Origin: Scyliorhinus canicula
Taxonomy: Eukaryota
Assembly (NCBI RefSeq): GCF_902713615.1
Contig: NC_052161.1
Span: forward strand, 115,980,636 to 116,044,635
Reading direction: 5' to 3'
Length of the DNA stretch: 64,000 nucleotides
Shown: in pieces, positions 60,868-64,000 of the stretch
How positions within the stretch are numbered: position 1 is the first letter of the stretch
Layout: the number at the start of each line of letters is the position of its first letter
The notes under the pieces: generated by a model
Database searches by the model: none
What the model saw: only the letters and a program-made list of their open reading frames with translations
Told to the model about the DNA's origin: nothing
Made by a program: the position numbers and the translations under genes

Positions 60868-60918
60868 CCCACTATCGGCCGCTTCCTCCCAGTTATCCGC
60901 GATTTCCTCATCTTCCAT
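60868..60918 (-). CDS. SZRD1: SZRD1 coding exon 1
   Basis: ATG at 60918; MEDEEIADNWEEAADSG; donor GGG|GTAAGG; 51 nt; inside a CpG island. Confidence 0.96.
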
Positions 60919-61139
60919 TTTAGCTTCTCGGCTCACTCGCCCCCCCGGCGGCCGCAAGGCGCACGCGTACAATCCTCTGCACGCAGGCGCAGGACGCCGC
61001 CGGCAAGAAGCGCGCAGGCGCCCGTCGCGGCACCAGGGTGCCGGGGGGACCGCGGAGTCGCGCATGCACGGCGTGGCGGCCCGGCTCCGCGGCGCACGCG
61101 CCCTGGTGGGTGCGGGAAGCCCCGGCTATAGCAATCGAT

Positions 61140-61280
61140 CTGAGAGTGAAAAGATGGCGGCGGCAGGGCCCAACTAGCCCGAAGCAGCGGCACGGCGAGC
61201 GCCACAAACCTCGATAGCAGGCCCAAGAGAGGGCGGGGAAATCGAGCCTGGACCCAGCAACCGCCCGCGGGGAGAGAAAG
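61140..61280 (+). other. Putative non-coding first exon of a divergent gene (FBXO42 by synteny inference)
   Basis: YY1 motif, short ORF MAAAGPN* (61154-61177) and a strong donor AAG|GTGAGG at 61280/61281. FBXO42 is head-to-head with SZRD1 in human. No FBXO42 coding sequence is visible in the window. Confidence 0.55.
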
Positions 61281-62149
61281 GTGAGGTTTAGACTGGAGCG
61301 GGGAACTGGCAGCGCGCCTCAGAGAGTAACTGAAGGAAAGGGCGCTGTGAGGCAGAGCGGTCGATGGAGGCCGCGGACTCGCCTCCCGCCGCCATCATGG
61401 AGACGAGGCAGGGTCCGCCAGGCGCGCTCAAACAATGCATGGATCAATAGATACAGAGAGGGTTAATGGAGCCCAGAGACGTCAATACACTGATCAATTG
61501 ATAGACAGCCAATAAACAGAGGGGCAATAATGGAGCAACACCAGGTTACCTCTGCAGGAACGAAAGAACAGATGATCAATGATCAGCGAAACACCAGGGG
61601 AAGGAGTGACAATAAGGAAACATCAGGGCTGTGTGTCGATAGACAGGGAAATATTTGGATAGAGTTCGGTAAATAGACCGGCATGAGGGTGGGGCGAGCC
61701 TATAATCGGGATGCCCTGGAAGATCAGGGACAATTAAGAGAAACACCAGGGCAGACAGGGAGGGAGGATAATATACAGGGAGGTACCAGCAGAGGGAAAA
61801 TTAATAAACACTAGCGAAGAGAGAATGATAGATGTGATTAATGGACATACATTTGGAGAGAGAGGGCAATAACAGACAGACGAGAAGAGGAGAGGAGGCT
61901 AAATATACGAAGGTACTGATCTGTGAGCTGCTATATCTAGGACCATTAGTATTGAGATAACAAGTATGTTATGAAAACTTGAGCCTTTAGTTAGGAGTGG
62001 TTAAGAAGAAACTGCCATCTCCAACCTGACATTATATGTACTGAGGAAAAACTTTCATCAGAGTCCACAGCAAAGAATAGACCAGCAAAAATATTCCTGG
62101 CCACAGCAGATGAGTTTTCCGCATTGAAATAAAATATCCTGCCGTCAAC

Positions 62150-62690
62150 AGTAGGTTATGGTTATTGCAGGTCAATCATCTCAGTCCAAGACATCACTGC
62201 AAGTGTTCCTTAGGGTAATATCCTATGCCTAACCATCTTCAGTTGCTTCATCAATACCTTTCCTCCATCATAAGGTCAGAAGTGGGGATGATTGCACAAT
62301 GTTCAGCACCATTCACAACTTCTCAGATACTGAAGCATTATCCATATGCAGTAAGACCTGGACAACATTGGGCTGATAAGTGGCAAGTTACATTTGTGCC
62401 ACATGTACCAGGCAATGACCATCTCCAACAAAAGAAAATTCAACCATCGCCCCTTGGCATTCAATGGCATTGCAATTGCTGAATGCCTCACTATCCACTG
62501 CCTGGGGTTGTCATTGACCAGAAACTGAACTGGTCCAGCCATATAAATACTCTGGTCACAAGGGCAAGTCAGAGACTGGGGGATTTGTGGCAAGTAACTC
62601 TCCTGACTCCCCAAAGTCTGTCAACTATCTACAAGGCACAATTCAGAAGTTTGATTACTCCATTTGGCTGACGGAGCACAGCTCCATCAA
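62150..62690 (+). mobile_element. Old CR1/L2-group LINE RT fragment
   Basis: WADKWQVTF and LSTIYKAQ motifs; homologous to 42480-42800. Confidence 0.75.
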
Positions 62691-63109
62691 AACTCATCAT
62701 GTGAAATATTTTTTTTAAAATAGGAGATTCTGTTTTTTTGCCAAGGCCTGAGCTAGACTTAGGGCAGGGCACAGCTACAATGTTTGTTGCTGATGAAAAT
62801 TCATTGAAGATCTCAGTAATCTCTGATCTATACTGACATACAAAAGCAAATGGGGAAAATGTATTTTTAGTGTGATTTTAATGTTTTAAAAACTTGAAAC
62901 GGGCCTCACACCACACCATGTATTGTGAAAAGTTTTAACACTGAAAAGTGAATATCCTAGGCATTGTTATTCCTGAGTGTTATAAGAGCTTTGTCTAGGT
63001 TGAAGTTGACATCAGATCATGATATGAGTCAATAGTAGAAATAGATATTCTTGTATCTACCAGTCACTGTCTTTGAAATTCCCACTTCACTCCCACTGCC
63101 ACCATTTTT

Positions 63110-63430
63110 TTTTTAATTCATGGGATGTGGGCCAGCATTTATTGCCCATCCCTAAATCAACCACATTGTTGTTGGTCTCGAGTCATAATGTAGGCCAGAC
63201 TGGGTAAGGATGGCAGATTTCCTTCTCTAATGACATTAGTGAACCAGATGGATTTTTAGGCCAATTGGCAATGGTCATCATTGGACTATTAATTTCAGAT
63301 TTAAAAAAAACATTGAATTCAAATTTCACCAACTGCTGTGGTGGGATTCAAACCCAGGAGCATTACCCTGGATTTATCCTGGGTCTGGATTACTAGTCCA
63401 GTGACAATACCACTATGCCACCACCTCCCT
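63110..63430 (-). mobile_element. Third tRNA-derived SINE family with LINE-derived tail
   Basis: Minus strand GGTGGCATAGTGGTATTGTCACTGGACTAGTAATCC..GGTTTGAATCCC; tail GGGATGGGCAATAAATGCTGGCC matches the LINE end at about 43170-43200. Degenerate copy at about 55870-56090. Confidence 0.7.
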
Positions 63431-63759
63431 CTCATCACACTGATTAGACCATTGTTTAAAATGGTGGTTATAACATCTGATAAATGCATTAACAACATAT
63501 TTAAGAAGAAGAGCATGGCAATATCATCAGAAATGTTTGCAACATGCACTCCAAATAAAGAGATCAATTAGGATGATTGACAGTGGACACCTTTGCCTCT
63601 TGCAAGGGAGGTAGCTTTGCATGAATGTTGTAGCCAGTGTAAACATCCAAGATTGATTATAGGCTTCTCCTTTGTTTCCAGCTTCTTCACATGGGTTATT
63701 AGGTTGAAATCTTTTGAAAATCATAGGAAGTGAATTGCCCCTAAACCTTTAAATATTTT

Positions 63760-63985
63760 TATTTATTTATAAATTTAGAGTACCCAATTATTTATTTTCC
63801 AATTAAGGGGCAATTTAGTGTGGTCGATCCACCTACCCTGAACATATTTTGCGTTTTGGCGATGAGACCCATGCAGACACGGGGAGAATGTGCAAACTCC
63901 ACACGGACATGATCTGGGGTTTGGATCGAACCTAGTCCTCAGAGCTGTGAGGCAACAGTGCTAACCACTGCAGCACCATGTCTCC
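63760..63985 (-). mobile_element. V-SINE, short form
   Basis: Reverse complement of the family sequence. Confidence 0.87.
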
Positions 63986-64000
63986 CTTAGATATGTTTAT

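Larger units (their letters stand above)
60790..61430. promoter_or_regulatory. CpG island, probable bidirectional promoter
   Basis: Very high GC/CpG. NRF1-like GCGCAGGCGC / CGCATGC motifs at about 60978-61070. YY1 motif AAGATGGCGGC at 61151-61161 on the plus strand. Confidence 0.85.

Noticed and set aside
60692-61226. Several overlapping ORFs in the CpG island
   Set aside because: GC-rich, stop-poor sequence; only the 51-nt SZRD1 exon has protein and splice support.

Overview
Vertebrate genomic DNA, very probably from an elasmobranch (catshark-like), inferred from the HE1/V-SINE, CR1 and DeuSINE repeat complement. It is not prokaryotic, and most entries in the ORF track are spurious. Three host-gene elements are supported. 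(1) The complete four-exon SZRD1 coding sequence lies on the minus strand (60918 to 22403; 51+50+249+103 nt = 150 aa plus stop, all GT-AG introns). (2) Exons 1-2 of a NECAP gene lie on the minus strand (11958-11867 and 483-383) and continue off the left edge; synteny favours NECAP2. (3) A CpG-island promoter at about 60.8-61.4 kb carries a divergent plus-strand first exon, inferred by synteny to be FBXO42. Introns are densely filled with nested transposons: tRNA-derived SINEs, CR1, L1, RTE and L2 LINEs, a solo LTR, MITEs and a decayed full-length Ty3/Gypsy element (48641-53182). The best candidate for an unusual system is that Gypsy element. It has no tRNA primer-binding site; instead the sequence just 3' of its 5' LTR is complementary to two segments of its own LTR, in a geometry and polarity resembling Tf1-type self-priming, and its RT motif reads YLDN. 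Other notable signals are four miR-128 seed sites in the proximal SZRD1 3'UTR, a nested-palindrome MITE, decayed hammerhead-like cores in an inverted repeat, and a hairpin/G-rich minisatellite upstream of NECAP. All calls were made by eye; no database search was run.
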